From Mycobacteriaceae bacterium (lineage in GTDB: Bacteria; Actinomycetota; Actinomycetes; Mycobacteriales; Mycobacteriaceae), in assembly GCA_965234515.1 (NCBI GenBank), contig OZ248467.1, positions 2,634,105 through 2,666,104 on the forward strand: a stretch of DNA of 32,000 bases. Direction: 5' to 3'. This document shows, one piece after another, positions 1-8,412 of the stretch. The notes beneath the pieces are model-generated. The model saw only the letters and a program-made list of their open reading frames with translations. It did no database searches and was not told where the DNA came from. A program made the position numbers and the translations under genes. The stretch's first letter is position 1. Each line of letters starts with the position of its first letter.

Positions 1-213
1 CCCGCAGACTAATGAGCGGGTCTGACAGAAATGGCCCCCGAGAAAACCGAACTGGCGAGACAACGGAGGAATGAACATCTGACGACCGGTAGTTGACGCA
101 GCACGATGTCCCAGGGTTCGCGGCGTCACGGATGCAGATCATTGGCCGGCGTATACGTCCGGGAGGTTGCTCGAACAGTTCCGAGCCGCACGGGCGCCCT
201 GAACTCGTGAGGC

Positions 214-1413
214 TTACAGCCCGGGCTGGTCCTCGATGATGCCCAGCCAGATCTGCGCGGCGTCGATGGCCACCTTCTCGCTGATGAAGGCGTGCTGAGT
301 TCCGGTGTAGATGTCGCGGAACGCGCGTTCGAGCTTGCTGCCCTCGCGGATCGAGGAGGTGCCGGCCACCAGGTGCGCCCACTCGGCGCAGTTTCGGGCG
401 ACATCGGTGGCATAGACCGCCGCGACCCGCATATCAGCGCGCAACCCCGGCGTCAGCTCACCGCCCGCCGCGACTTCGGACTCGGCAGTGGTGAATGCGT
501 CGAGCACCAGCAGCCGCGCCGCCCGCCAGGCCGCGACGTGGTGGGCCAGTCCCTTCTGGAAGGTGGGGCGGCTGGCCAGCGAGGCCATGTCGCTCATCCG
601 GTACTTGGTCGCGGCCAGTTCCTGGACGTCGTCGAGCATGCTCTTGGACACCCCGAGCGCCCAGGCCGCATGGCCAGCGGCGGTCACCGGCATCATGCCC
701 ATCCGGCCGGCCGGCGAGCTGCCCCGCCGCGGTTCGGAGGAGAACAGTGCGAAGGTGCGGCACTCGGGAACGAACACGTCTTCGACGCTGTAGTCGTAGG
801 ATCCGGTGCCCTTGAGTCCCTGCACATGCCAGCCGTCCTTGAAGGTGACCTCGTCGCGCGGGATCACCGCGACCGTCATCTCCGGGAAACCTTCACTGGC
901 CCAGCGCATCTCGCCATCATCCATCGGGAAGAATCCGGCGCAGACGTATTCTGAGTGGCCGGTGCCGGAGCCGAAACTCCACGCGCCGGTGACCCGGTAG
1001 CCGCCCGGCACCGCCGCGCCCTGGCCGTTGGGGAAGAACTGTCCGCCCATCGTGACGTGGTTGTCGTGGGCGGTGAACACCTCGGCGAAACCCTCGTCGG
1101 GCAGGTACGCCGCGGCGGCGAATGACGACGGCAGGTTCGCGATGCCGATCCACCCGAAGGAGCCGTCCTGGCTCGCCATCTCGATCCAGGTCTCAATCAT
1201 CTCGGCGAAGGATGGTTCGGCACCGCCGGCGTCGACGGGGTTGAACGAGGACATCAGGCCGCTGGCCCACATCTCCTCGACGATCGCCGGACTGAGGGTG
1301 CGCAGTTGCTCGGATTCGGCCGACTTGGCCGCCACCAGGTCGCGCATTCCGCGCGCCAAGTCCAGGACCTGACTACCGAGGTCGGTTTCGTTGGCTTCGA
1401 CTACCGCCGTCAC
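214..1413 (-). CDS. Acyl-CoA dehydrogenase-fold flavoprotein (ACAD type-2 / group D flavin-dependent monooxygenase-like)
   Basis: Track ORF 214..1587. The protein has ACAD-fold blocks (WHVQGLKGTGSYDY, ERAFRDIYTGTQH). I trimmed the start to GTG at 1413 because GGAGAA lies 5 nt upstream, and the 58 codons further upstream are Cys/Arg-rich and not protein-like. Confidence 0.8.
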   Translation of the reverse strand: MTAVVEANETDLGSQVLDLARGMRDLVAAKSAESEQLRTLSPAIVEEMWASGLMSSFNPVDAGGAEPSFAEMIETWIEMASQDGSFGWIGIANLPSSFAAAAYLPDEGFAEVFTAHDNHVTMGGQFFPNGQGAAVPGGYRVTGAWSFGSGTGHSEYVCAGFFPMDDGEMRWASEGFPEMTVAVIPRDEVTFKDGWHVQGLKGTGSYDYSVEDVFVPECRTFALFSSEPRRGSSPAGRMGMMPVTAAGHAAWALGVSKSMLDDVQELAATKYRMSDMASLASRPTFQKGLAHHVAAWRAARLLVLDAFTTAESEVAAGGELTPGLRADMRVAAVYATDVARNCAEWAHLVAGTSSIREGSKLERAFRDIYTGTQHAFISEKVAIDAAQIWLGIIEDQPGL

Positions 1414-1553
1414 GGGCGTTCTCCGATCACTTCCGGTGCCACGGCACCGGCACAGCAGGACAGCCTCGACGGTACGCGGTGGAGACATGAATCGGAAGCA
1501 CTCCCTCGGCCGCGCAGTCCGAAGGATCCGCCATCCTTCCGCCATCGGAAAGT

Positions 1554-1585
1554 GGAACCTACACTTTTTGTAGGTTCCGTTTTCC
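1554..1585 (+). terminator. Perfect 10-bp stem hairpin (GGAACCTACA-cuuuu-TGTAGGTTCC) followed by GTTTTCC; intrinsic-terminator-like
   Basis: Read directly: stem arms at 1554-1563 and 1569-1578, T-run at 1580-1583. A second hairpin, GAAGGAT-ccgcc-ATCCTTC (1521-1539), lies just upstream. The element sits inside a divergent intergenic region, so what it terminates is unknown. Confidence 0.3.
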
Positions 1586-1787
1586 ATTGGCGCACCGATA
1601 CCGCCGTGAGCTCAGCCTTCCGTGCTTTTCCGCTCTGCTTGGCGGGACGATTTTTCCGGTTTTCGTGGCGAATCCGGCAACCGTACGGTTGTCCAGGTCC
1701 AAAGCGTGGGGCAGTAGTGCTCAAGGGTGTTTGCCAGTAACTTCGGCGGAAACATTCGAGTCGCGACAACCACGAGGAGTAGCGCAG

Positions 1788-2393
1788 ATGACCCAGGATC
1801 CAGGAACCGAACCGCTGTCGGGCGCCGTACCCCGCCGAGCCGTCATCGCGGGGGTGGCTACCGCCACCGCCGCGCTGGCACTGGCGGGTTGTAGCCCTGC
1901 GCCGAAGACCGCAGACTCAGCCTCGGGGGCGGCAGGATCGGGTGCCGCCGGAGCCACGAACTTCAACGTGACCGATCGGGTGGCACTCACTCAGCTGATC
2001 CACGCCTATGCCATTGAGGTGGATCGCTTCAACATCGACGGGTGGTTCGCGCTCTTCACCGATGACGCGGTGTTCTCGGTTGGCATGCCGGGCATGACAC
2101 CGGTTGAGCAGACCGGCGAAGTGTTTCGCAGTTTCTGGCGCAAGCGCTTCGGCGATTTCGAGCGCAGCGGCAATCGGCGCAAACACCTGATTTCCAACAT
2201 CCTGTTCGTCGAGCAGACCGATTCCGCGGCACACGCCGTCATCAGCGGGCTTATCACTAATGCCAAAGACGGCAAGACTTTCTCGGTCATCTCGGGGGTG
2301 GACTACGAGGGCTGGTTCGTGAAGAAAGACGGTGTCTGGCTCATCAATCGGTGGAGCGACCTGCCGGATGTGAATTTCGAAAGCGGGCAGTAA
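1788..2393 (+). CDS. SnoaL-like (NTF2-fold) lipoprotein with Tat-like signal
   Basis: ATG at 1788 is preceded by GAGGAG (1774-1779). The N-terminus has RRAVIAG followed by the lipobox LAGC. The C-terminal part resembles a SnoaL_4/NTF2-like domain (DRFNIDGWFALFTDDAVF). The track ORF starts earlier, at 1587, with no RBS support. Confidence 0.7.
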   Translation: MTQDPGTEPLSGAVPRRAVIAGVATATAALALAGCSPAPKTADSASGAAGSGAAGATNFNVTDRVALTQLIHAYAIEVDRFNIDGWFALFTDDAVFSVGMPGMTPVEQTGEVFRSFWRKRFGDFERSGNRRKHLISNILFVEQTDSAAHAVISGLITNAKDGKTFSVISGVDYEGWFVKKDGVWLINRWSDLPDVNFESGQ

Positions 2394-2408
2394 CTTACGG
2401 GCCGTGAC

Positions 2409-3197
2409 TTAAAGGGACCGTGTTTCCAGCCAGGCGTGGATTCGCTCAGCGACAGCGTCCCACTGAGGCTCAACCATCATGTCGTGTCCCATCTCGGGAA
2501 AGATCTCTGCGGTGGTGCCATACGCGGTTGCCGTCGCCCGCACTTCCGCAGTGGTGAAGGTTCCGTCGAGCTCGGCGCCCAGAACCAGTAGCGGCGTCGC
2601 CACATTTTGGGGGCGCGGGATGGCACGAAAGGGCATGTCGACAAAGAGGGCTCGTTGGCTCTCTGGCTGAAAACGAGCGAGATAGCGCACGACCTCTGCC
2701 TCCGGCGTCCCCGGCGAGAACATCGACTCCCGAGCCCGAGCAGGGGTGTCGAGGTTATGCATGGTGTAGCCGGTGAGTGCCCCCTTCAGTGCACGCCAGG
2801 GGTGTCGCCTCACGTACCGCAGAACGGCGGGGCCACCTCCCCCCGCGGGAGCCGAAGCCATCAGAACCCCGGCGGGTGCTGCGTTGGACTCCAGGTACTT
2901 CTGGACGACCAGACCGCCCATCGAGTGGCCGATCACGACGGGCCGGGTGGGCAGATCGTCGGCAACCGACTTCACATCTTCGACATAGTCGGCGATGGAA
3001 CAGCCGCGCAGTGGTCTTGGTGTCGGGCTTTTTCCATGCCCCCGAAGACTGACGGCCAGAGCCCGATAGCCTCTGACGGCGAAGAAGTCGAGGAAGTATT
3101 CGTCCCAGCACCAGGCGCCATGCCAGGCCCCGTGGACAAAGAGCAGTGGTGTCGGATGCGATTCGCTAGATGATCCCTTGTCGATCACCTCAAGCAT
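2409..3197 (-). CDS. Alpha/beta-fold hydrolase
   Basis: HGAWHGAWCW oxyanion region, GHSMGG nucleophile elbow and a C-terminal GHD motif. ATG at 3197 follows GGGGAGGA. The track ORF extends to 3302. Confidence 0.85.
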   Translation of the reverse strand: MLEVIDKGSSSESHPTPLLFVHGAWHGAWCWDEYFLDFFAVRGYRALAVSLRGHGKSPTPRPLRGCSIADYVEDVKSVADDLPTRPVVIGHSMGGLVVQKYLESNAAPAGVLMASAPAGGGGPAVLRYVRRHPWRALKGALTGYTMHNLDTPARARESMFSPGTPEAEVVRYLARFQPESQRALFVDMPFRAIPRPQNVATPLLVLGAELDGTFTTAEVRATATAYGTTAEIFPEMGHDMMVEPQWDAVAERIHAWLETRSL

Positions 3198-3334
3198 GAG
3201 CCTGTCCTCCCCGCGTTTGGAATGCCCTGGAGAATAACCCCGCCCGTTCGACGATCCGCTGGTTTTCGACCGACGACGTTTTGGGCGAGGGGAACTCCCC
3301 ATAACTCGCCCACTGGCCTGCCGCGTCGGGCCTT

Positions 3335-4297
3335 CTATCGCGGCAAATCGGCCTTAATCCAATCGTCGATTGCCTCGATGATTGCCGTGGGCTGCTCCTG
3401 GAGCATGTTGTGCGCGGCATGATCAAGCCCCATCACTGTCACCTGGCCTGCCAACTCGTCCCTGAGCGCCAGCGAGTTTCGTGGCGGAGCGACCATGTCC
3501 TCCTTGCCGTAGAGCGCCAGCATGGGCCGCCCGCCAGCCTTTGAATACTCCTCAGCCTTGACGTTCTCGCCGCCCTTCGCCTGTGCAGAGGCAACCGGCC
3601 ACCAACCCGTTCGCCACGGCGACGGATCGTTGCCAGCCGCAAAGGCACCGCTGTCCAGCATGGCGGCGTCCATCTCCGCCGGCGAGATTTCGCCCGCAAT
3701 GGTTTTCATCACGGCACCGAAGAAGGTTGCGAATCGCTCCTTGTCTTCGAACTTGCCGCCGGACGACAAGAGGATGACCGTCTTCACGCTTTCGGGATGC
3801 CGTGTCGCCAGCATCCGGGCGTAGCGGCCGCCAGCAGCATGGCCGACTACATGCACCGGTCCGAGTCCAAGGTCCTTGATGACCGCGTAGAGATCATCGG
3901 CGATTTCATAGATGGTGGTTTTCGCCCAAGGCCCGGTGCTGCCTTCGCAGCCACGGGCATTGACGGCGATCGCACGATAGCCACGCGCTGCTAGGCCCTG
4001 CATGATCTCTTCGAAGTCTGCCGCGCCACGCGCAAAACCAGGGACCAGGATGATCGGCGTGCCGGTCCCCACGATCTTGACGTCGAGCACCGCGGCGCCG
4101 GACGTCACATGACGCCGTTCTATGGCCCCGCTCGCGGTGGTGCCGCCGCCCGCGGATTTCTCGGTGCTGCACGACGCGAGGGCCGCGCCGCCCACCGCCA
4201 CTGCCGCGGCGGCCGCCGCACCCCCGCCGATGAACCGACGACGCGATGTCGGCAAGGTTAGCTCGGGTTCACGATCATCGGACACGAGCCGGTTCAA
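3335..4297 (-). CDS. Alpha/beta-hydrolase-fold Tat lipoprotein with Ala at the nucleophile position
   Basis: Twin-arginine motif SRRRFIGG followed by the lipobox LASC. Alpha/beta-fold blocks are present, but the nucleophile elbow reads GHAAG (Ala154, codon GCT at 3836-3838) instead of GxSxG. The C-terminal His motif (DHAAHN) is retained. Confidence 0.8.
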   Translation of the reverse strand: MNRLVSDDREPELTLPTSRRRFIGGGAAAAAAVAVGGAALASCSTEKSAGGGTTASGAIERRHVTSGAAVLDVKIVGTGTPIILVPGFARGAADFEEIMQGLAARGYRAIAVNARGCEGSTGPWAKTTIYEIADDLYAVIKDLGLGPVHVVGHAAGGRYARMLATRHPESVKTVILLSSGGKFEDKERFATFFGAVMKTIAGEISPAEMDAAMLDSGAFAAGNDPSPWRTGWWPVASAQAKGGENVKAEEYSKAGGRPMLALYGKEDMVAPPRNSLALRDELAGQVTVMGLDHAAHNMLQEQPTAIIEAIDDWIKADLPR

Positions 4298-4492
4298 GAT
4301 CTTTCTGGATTTTTCGAAGTGTCTTCCGATTGACGTCCTTCGCCTTCATGAGGATACCGTTAGCCGCTAAACAGTAAAAGGTTAAAGCCGATAAACGGAT
4401 AGCGGATCCTCCTTGACGGTCATCTTCTCTGTCCCATACCCCGCAAGTTACGACCCGGCACCGACAACCTGCCCCACCCCTAGGCTCAGCAC

Positions 4493-5224
4493 GTGCCGGA
4501 TGCCAACAGGTGGAGCCATCGCGTGCGCTCGCTGTTGCGCGGATCCCACACTGTTCCCCGCACCCGCTTCACCGCACCGTCGGTATGGCGTCCCACGCCG
4601 GCGTCATTCATCGCACTGATCGTCGGCCTGTGGTTGTTCGGCACCGGCGATGCGCTCATCCTGGCATCGGCCCTCGGCGCCTCCCCGTGGTCGGTCTTGG
4701 CGCAGGGCCTCAGCGTGCGCACCGGCCTCGGCATCGGATGGACCACCTTCGGTGTGTCGGTAGGCGTTCTGGCACTGTGGATTCCGTTGCGCCAACGACC
4801 TGGTCTGGGAACGGTGATGAACATCATCGTGATCGCACTTGCCATCGGCGTCACCTACCCGAGGGTCACCACGCCCGACTCCCTGATCGGACAACTCGGG
4901 TTGGTGTTTCTCGGGATCGGACTGATCGGGCTGGGCAGCGGGTTCTACCTCACCAGCGGACATGGCCCCGGTCCCCGGGACGGCTGGATGACGGGCCTGC
5001 ACCGGGTGACCGGCTGGCCGGTAGGGCGGGTGCGGCTACTCATCGAGGTGAGCGTGCTGGTAGCCGGCTGGACCCTGGGCGGCATCGTCGGGATCGGCAC
5101 TGCCCTCTTCGCGCTCTTTGTGGGCCAGTCCGTCGCACTGGGACTGGGCTTCGTGCACCGGTTGTCTCCCGGCGCACCCGAGCAGGTCCTCGACGAGGAA
5201 CAATTCCCGCAGGGCGAGGCCTGA
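4493..5224 (+). CDS. YczE-like polytopic membrane protein
   Basis: Several hydrophobic helices and the block LGASPWSVLAQGLSVRTGLGIGWTT, which is typical of the YczE/YitT-type membrane family. The start codon is uncertain: GTG at 4493 in the track, with other in-frame GTGs downstream. Confidence 0.65.
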   Translation: MPDANRWSHRVRSLLRGSHTVPRTRFTAPSVWRPTPASFIALIVGLWLFGTGDALILASALGASPWSVLAQGLSVRTGLGIGWTTFGVSVGVLALWIPLRQRPGLGTVMNIIVIALAIGVTYPRVTTPDSLIGQLGLVFLGIGLIGLGSGFYLTSGHGPGPRDGWMTGLHRVTGWPVGRVRLLIEVSVLVAGWTLGGIVGIGTALFALFVGQSVALGLGFVHRLSPGAPEQVLDEEQFPQGEA

Positions 5225-5232
5225 GCCGGCCG

Positions 5233-6960
5233 TCAGGCCGAGTGCACCTCGGCTCCGTCAGAATAGGTTGCAAGAACGGGGATTTCGCGTACCGCATCAG
5301 GATCGGCCTCATGCGCCAGCGGATCACCACCGAGCAACACGAAGTCGGCAGCCTTGCCCGCAGCCAGTGAGCCGACGAGTTCGTCGGCATGGCACATCCA
5401 TGCCGCGTCGATACTGTTGCCCTTGAGCGCCTGGGCCACGCTGACCCGCTCGGCGGCATTGAGCACCTCTCCCCCGTCGGCCATCGTGCGGGCCGCCGCG
5501 GTGGCGATGTAGTTCAGCGGTCCGATCGGCGAGACCGAGAAATCACAATGCAGGCTGGCGCGCAGACCGGCGTTGACCGCCGAGGCGTAGCGGTCGAGCA
5601 GCAGCGCGCGCTCGGGCCCCAAAATCTCATCGCGCATGACCTTGCCCCACAACCGAACATGGTTCATCAGGAAACTCGGAGTGATTCCCAGCGACGCCAT
5701 CGCGGCGATGTGTTCATCGTGCAACAGCGACGAGTGCTCGGTGCGATGCCTCTTGGCGGGATCCCACGACGGCAATGTGGCCACCGCGGCGAATGCCGCC
5801 ATCACCATGTCCAGCGCCGCATCACCATTGCCGTGGCACATGATCGGCCATCCGGCCGCAACAGTTTTGGCGAAGTTCGCTTCCAGTTGCTCGGCGGTGA
5901 AGTTCGCCGCGCCCCGGGTGTCCCGGCCGAGGTAGTTCTGGCGCATGAACCCGGTGTAACCCTGGTTGGATCCGTCGGACACCCATTTGATGGTCTGCGA
6001 CCGCAGCCGGTCATCACCGGATCCCGGAACGATTCCAGCACTGATGAAGGCGTCGAGGTTCTCGCCCCATAGTGACAGCGATCCGCGGACCGGGAACCCC
6101 GGCTGGGCGAAGATCTGGTGCAGCAGGTCGACTTCCTTGACCCCGGCCAACGCGCCGGTTGCCGCCTCGTGGACGTAGGTGACGCCCTGTTTGGCGGCCA
6201 TGGCGGCGATACCGGTGATCGCGCTCGCGATGACCTCCGGTGTCAACGGTGGCAGCACCTTGATGAAGCTGAACATCGCCGCGTTCTCACCGACGATGCC
6301 GGTGAGGGTTCCGTTGCGCGCACCGTAGTCGCCGCCGGGAGGGTTGGGGGTGTCGGCGGTGATACCGGCCGCGGCGTAGGCGGCGGAGTTGACGTAGAAG
6401 AAATGCTGCGAGGCGTTCATCACCACGATCGGCACGGTCGTCGAGATCTGATCGAGGACCGCACACGTCAACGTGGCTTGGTTCGGCATCAGGCTGGGGT
6501 CGAAGAGTTGCCCGATAACGGCCTGTCCCGCAGGGGCTTGTGCGACCGCGGCCTTCAGCGCGACCAGCACCGCGTCGAGGGTCTTGTTGGTGTACGGCGA
6601 GCAGTCCACTCCGTCGAACACCAGTGCCGAGGAGACCAGGTGGATGTGTGGTTCGACGAAGCCGGGCATGATCACCCCGCTCTTGTGCTCGAGCATCGTG
6701 GTGCCGGGTCCGACGAAACTCTCCAGGTCCGACCTGGATCCCACGGCCAGGATGCGCCCACCGGCGACTGCCATCGCCTCAGCCGTGGGTGCGGCGTCGT
6801 CCATGGTGATCAGCGATCCGGTGACGAGCAGGTCGGCGGTGGTGGCGTTGTCGCGCCGGTGTGGATGCGCGGTGCGCTCTGCCGATGTGACACCGTCGAT
6901 CGAGACCCGGGCGGCGTTGGCGGGGTGCGGTTCGCAGCACCCTGCGGTGTGGTTGGTCAT
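5233..6960 (-). CDS. Amidohydrolase-family metallohydrolase (Amidohydro_3 / YtcJ-like)
   Basis: 575 aa. N-terminal DLLVTG...ILAVG followed by PGFVEPHIHL (the HxH metal motif), with later CHGNGD and HCDF blocks. Confidence 0.85.
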   Translation of the reverse strand: MTNHTAGCCEPHPANAARVSIDGVTSAERTAHPHRRDNATTADLLVTGSLITMDDAAPTAEAMAVAGGRILAVGSRSDLESFVGPGTTMLEHKSGVIMPGFVEPHIHLVSSALVFDGVDCSPYTNKTLDAVLVALKAAVAQAPAGQAVIGQLFDPSLMPNQATLTCAVLDQISTTVPIVVMNASQHFFYVNSAAYAAAGITADTPNPPGGDYGARNGTLTGIVGENAAMFSFIKVLPPLTPEVIASAITGIAAMAAKQGVTYVHEAATGALAGVKEVDLLHQIFAQPGFPVRGSLSLWGENLDAFISAGIVPGSGDDRLRSQTIKWVSDGSNQGYTGFMRQNYLGRDTRGAANFTAEQLEANFAKTVAAGWPIMCHGNGDAALDMVMAAFAAVATLPSWDPAKRHRTEHSSLLHDEHIAAMASLGITPSFLMNHVRLWGKVMRDEILGPERALLLDRYASAVNAGLRASLHCDFSVSPIGPLNYIATAAARTMADGGEVLNAAERVSVAQALKGNSIDAAWMCHADELVGSLAAGKAADFVLLGGDPLAHEADPDAVREIPVLATYSDGAEVHSA

Positions 6961-7014
6961 ACCTCGACAAGTTACGCGCCCGGTTTGTCAGTGGGTGGGT
7001 GCACGCTTCTGTGA

Positions 7015-7043
7015 AACCACGACAGTTTGTGCAACCACGACAG
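7015..7043 (+). promoter_or_regulatory. 11-bp direct repeat AACCACGACAG x2 (period 18 bp) just upstream of the DUF4262 gene
   Basis: Read directly: copies at 7015-7025 and 7033-7043. The second copy abuts the RBS GAAGGGAG. Function unknown. Confidence 0.2.
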
Positions 7044-7056
7044 AAGGGAGCCGGCC

Positions 7057-7530
7057 ATGTGCTGGCAGTGCGACAACCCCCACCGCACCACCGATGATTA
7101 CCTCGACGTCTTGCGAGAGATCATCGACGGTCACGGGTGGGCCGTGCAATACGTCGAGAGCGAGGACCGGCCGTTCGCGTACACGGTCGGCCTGACCGAC
7201 CTGGGCCTGCCCGAATTGCTGATCACTGGGCTGCCACCGCGGACAGCCAAGCGGCTGCTCAACTCGATCGCACACGACATGGTCGACGACGGCACGATCC
7301 TGCGGCCGGCCATGCATATCGACTACCAGAGCGAGTTTCTTCTGGAAGTCGTTGAGGTCGACCACCCGGACGTCCACCTCGTCTTCGCCGTCGGGATCTG
7401 CGGCCCCGACGTCCGTGCGTTACAACTGGTGTGGACCGATGACTTTGCGCACTGGCCGTGGGATCGCGAGTGGAATCACGGCCGAGGTCGGCAACCGGTG
7501 TTCGGTATGCGCACCCCCTTGCCGGGATAA
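7057..7530 (+). CDS. DUF4262-like protein
   Basis: ATG at 7057 follows GGGAG. The protein starts MCWQCDNP and contains GWAVQYV...PFAYTVGL...GLPELLITGLP, which I recognise as DUF4262-type. The track ORF starts at a TTG at 7027. Confidence 0.65.
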   Translation: MCWQCDNPHRTTDDYLDVLREIIDGHGWAVQYVESEDRPFAYTVGLTDLGLPELLITGLPPRTAKRLLNSIAHDMVDDGTILRPAMHIDYQSEFLLEVVEVDHPDVHLVFAVGICGPDVRALQLVWTDDFAHWPWDREWNHGRGRQPVFGMRTPLPG

Positions 7531-7557
7531 ATCCCGTGCGGAACGTGCCGGCAGTGC

Positions 7558-7578
7558 CGGTTATACCCGGTTATACTC
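7558..7578 (+). promoter_or_regulatory. Tandem CCGGTTATAC x2 operator-like repeat overlapping a TATACT -10 box of the mazEF operon
   Basis: Exact 10-bp tandem copies at 7558-7567 and 7568-7577. TATACT (7573-7578) ends 5 nt before the GTG at 7584, and there is no Shine-Dalgarno sequence. This suggests a leaderless transcript. Confidence 0.4.
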
Positions 7579-7583
7579 AGGTG

Positions 7584-7832
7584 GTGAAGACAGCTATTTC
7601 GGTACCGGATGAGACGTTTGACCGGGTATGCCGACGTGCCGTCGCTTTGGGAATGAGTCGATCAGAGTTTTTCGCTCGAGCCGCCCAGCGGTACTTGGAC
7701 GAACTGGACGCCGAGTCATTGACTGACCAGATCGATACTGCCCTCGATGCCGTCGATTCCCTGGACGAGTCGCAGCAGGCTGCGGTCGCGGTCGGGCGGA
7801 GAGTGGCCGGCACGATCGACGATGACTGGTGA
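7584..7832 (+). CDS. mazE: MazE-type ribbon-helix-helix antitoxin
   Basis: VKTAISVPDETFDRVCRRAVALGMSRSEFFARAAQRYL is a CopG/RHH fold. It closely resembles MazE6 (Rv1991A) as I recall it. The stop overlaps the downstream start (GTGA). Confidence 0.8.
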   Translation: MKTAISVPDETFDRVCRRAVALGMSRSEFFARAAQRYLDELDAESLTDQIDTALDAVDSLDESQQAAVAVGRRVAGTIDDDW

Positions 7833-8170
7833 TCACCCGCGGCGAGATCCACTGGGCCGATCTGGGCGCCGCCTCCGGTAGTCGTCCGGCCAAGCGGCGC
7901 CCGGTCCTGGTTGTGCAGTCCGATCCGTACAACGCCAGTCGGCTGGCCACGGTGGTGGCCGTCGTGATCACCTCCAACACCAGCCTGGCCGCGATGCCGG
8001 GCAATGTGTTCCTGCCGGCGACGGCCACCGGGCTTCCCCGCGATTCGGTGGTCAACGTCACCGCAATGGTGACGCTGAACAAGACGGATCTCACGGATCG
8101 TGCCGGCGGGCTTTCACCGAGTCTGATGCACGAGGTCGACCGGGGGCTGCGCCGGGCGTTAGAGCTGTGA
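7829..8170 (+). CDS. mazF: MazF/PemK-family endoribonuclease toxin
   Basis: ITRGEIHWADLG...KRRPVLVVQSD...VVAVVITSN...NVTAMVTLNKTDL, a canonical PemK/MazF pattern that is very similar to my recollection of MazF6 (Rv1991c). GTG at 7829 overlaps the mazE stop. Confidence 0.9.
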   Translation: MITRGEIHWADLGAASGSRPAKRRPVLVVQSDPYNASRLATVVAVVITSNTSLAAMPGNVFLPATATGLPRDSVVNVTAMVTLNKTDLTDRAGGLSPSLMHEVDRGLRRALEL

Positions 8171-8196
8171 GCGCCAGATCATTATTGGTGTCGCAC

Positions 8197-8391
8197 ATGC
8201 GCTACGGCCGGAGCGTGAGCAGCGAGATCAGTCAACGCGAGTTGCGCAACAACAGCGGTGACATCATGCGCCGCCTCGTGAACGGACCGGCTTTGGCCGC
8301 GGCGTTCCGAGGTGCCCCGCGCATTGACCATCTGCGGCTGCGCGCAGACCTCGATCACGCCGTCGATCAGGACATCACCCCGCATGGCTGA
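8197..8391 (+). pseudogene. Internally deleted Phd/YefM-type antitoxin remnant with no partner toxin
   Basis: The N-terminus (ISQRELRNNSGDIMRRL) and C-terminus (APRIDHLRLRADLDHAVDQDITP) match the two ends of prevent-host-death-type antitoxins. The central beta-hairpin segment of about 25 aa seems to be missing. No PIN or other toxin ORF follows, because a convergent gene ends at 8413. Confidence 0.5.
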
Positions 8392-8412
8392 TACGACGAT
8401 CGGCTTGCCGGC

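Noticed and set aside
1-213. Possible gene end or start at the window edge (for example a minus-strand ATG at 75-77 that stays open to position 1)
   Set aside because: Only about 26 codons are visible, with no RBS and no recognisable motif, so it cannot be supported.
4298-4492. AT-rich 195-bp region upstream of the YczE-like gene with paired motifs (CCGTTAGCCGCTA ... TAAACGGATAGCGG), considered as a riboswitch or operator
   Set aside because: The motifs do not form a consistent hairpin or true inverted repeat, and I recognise no known riboswitch core. This is left as an ordinary divergent promoter region.
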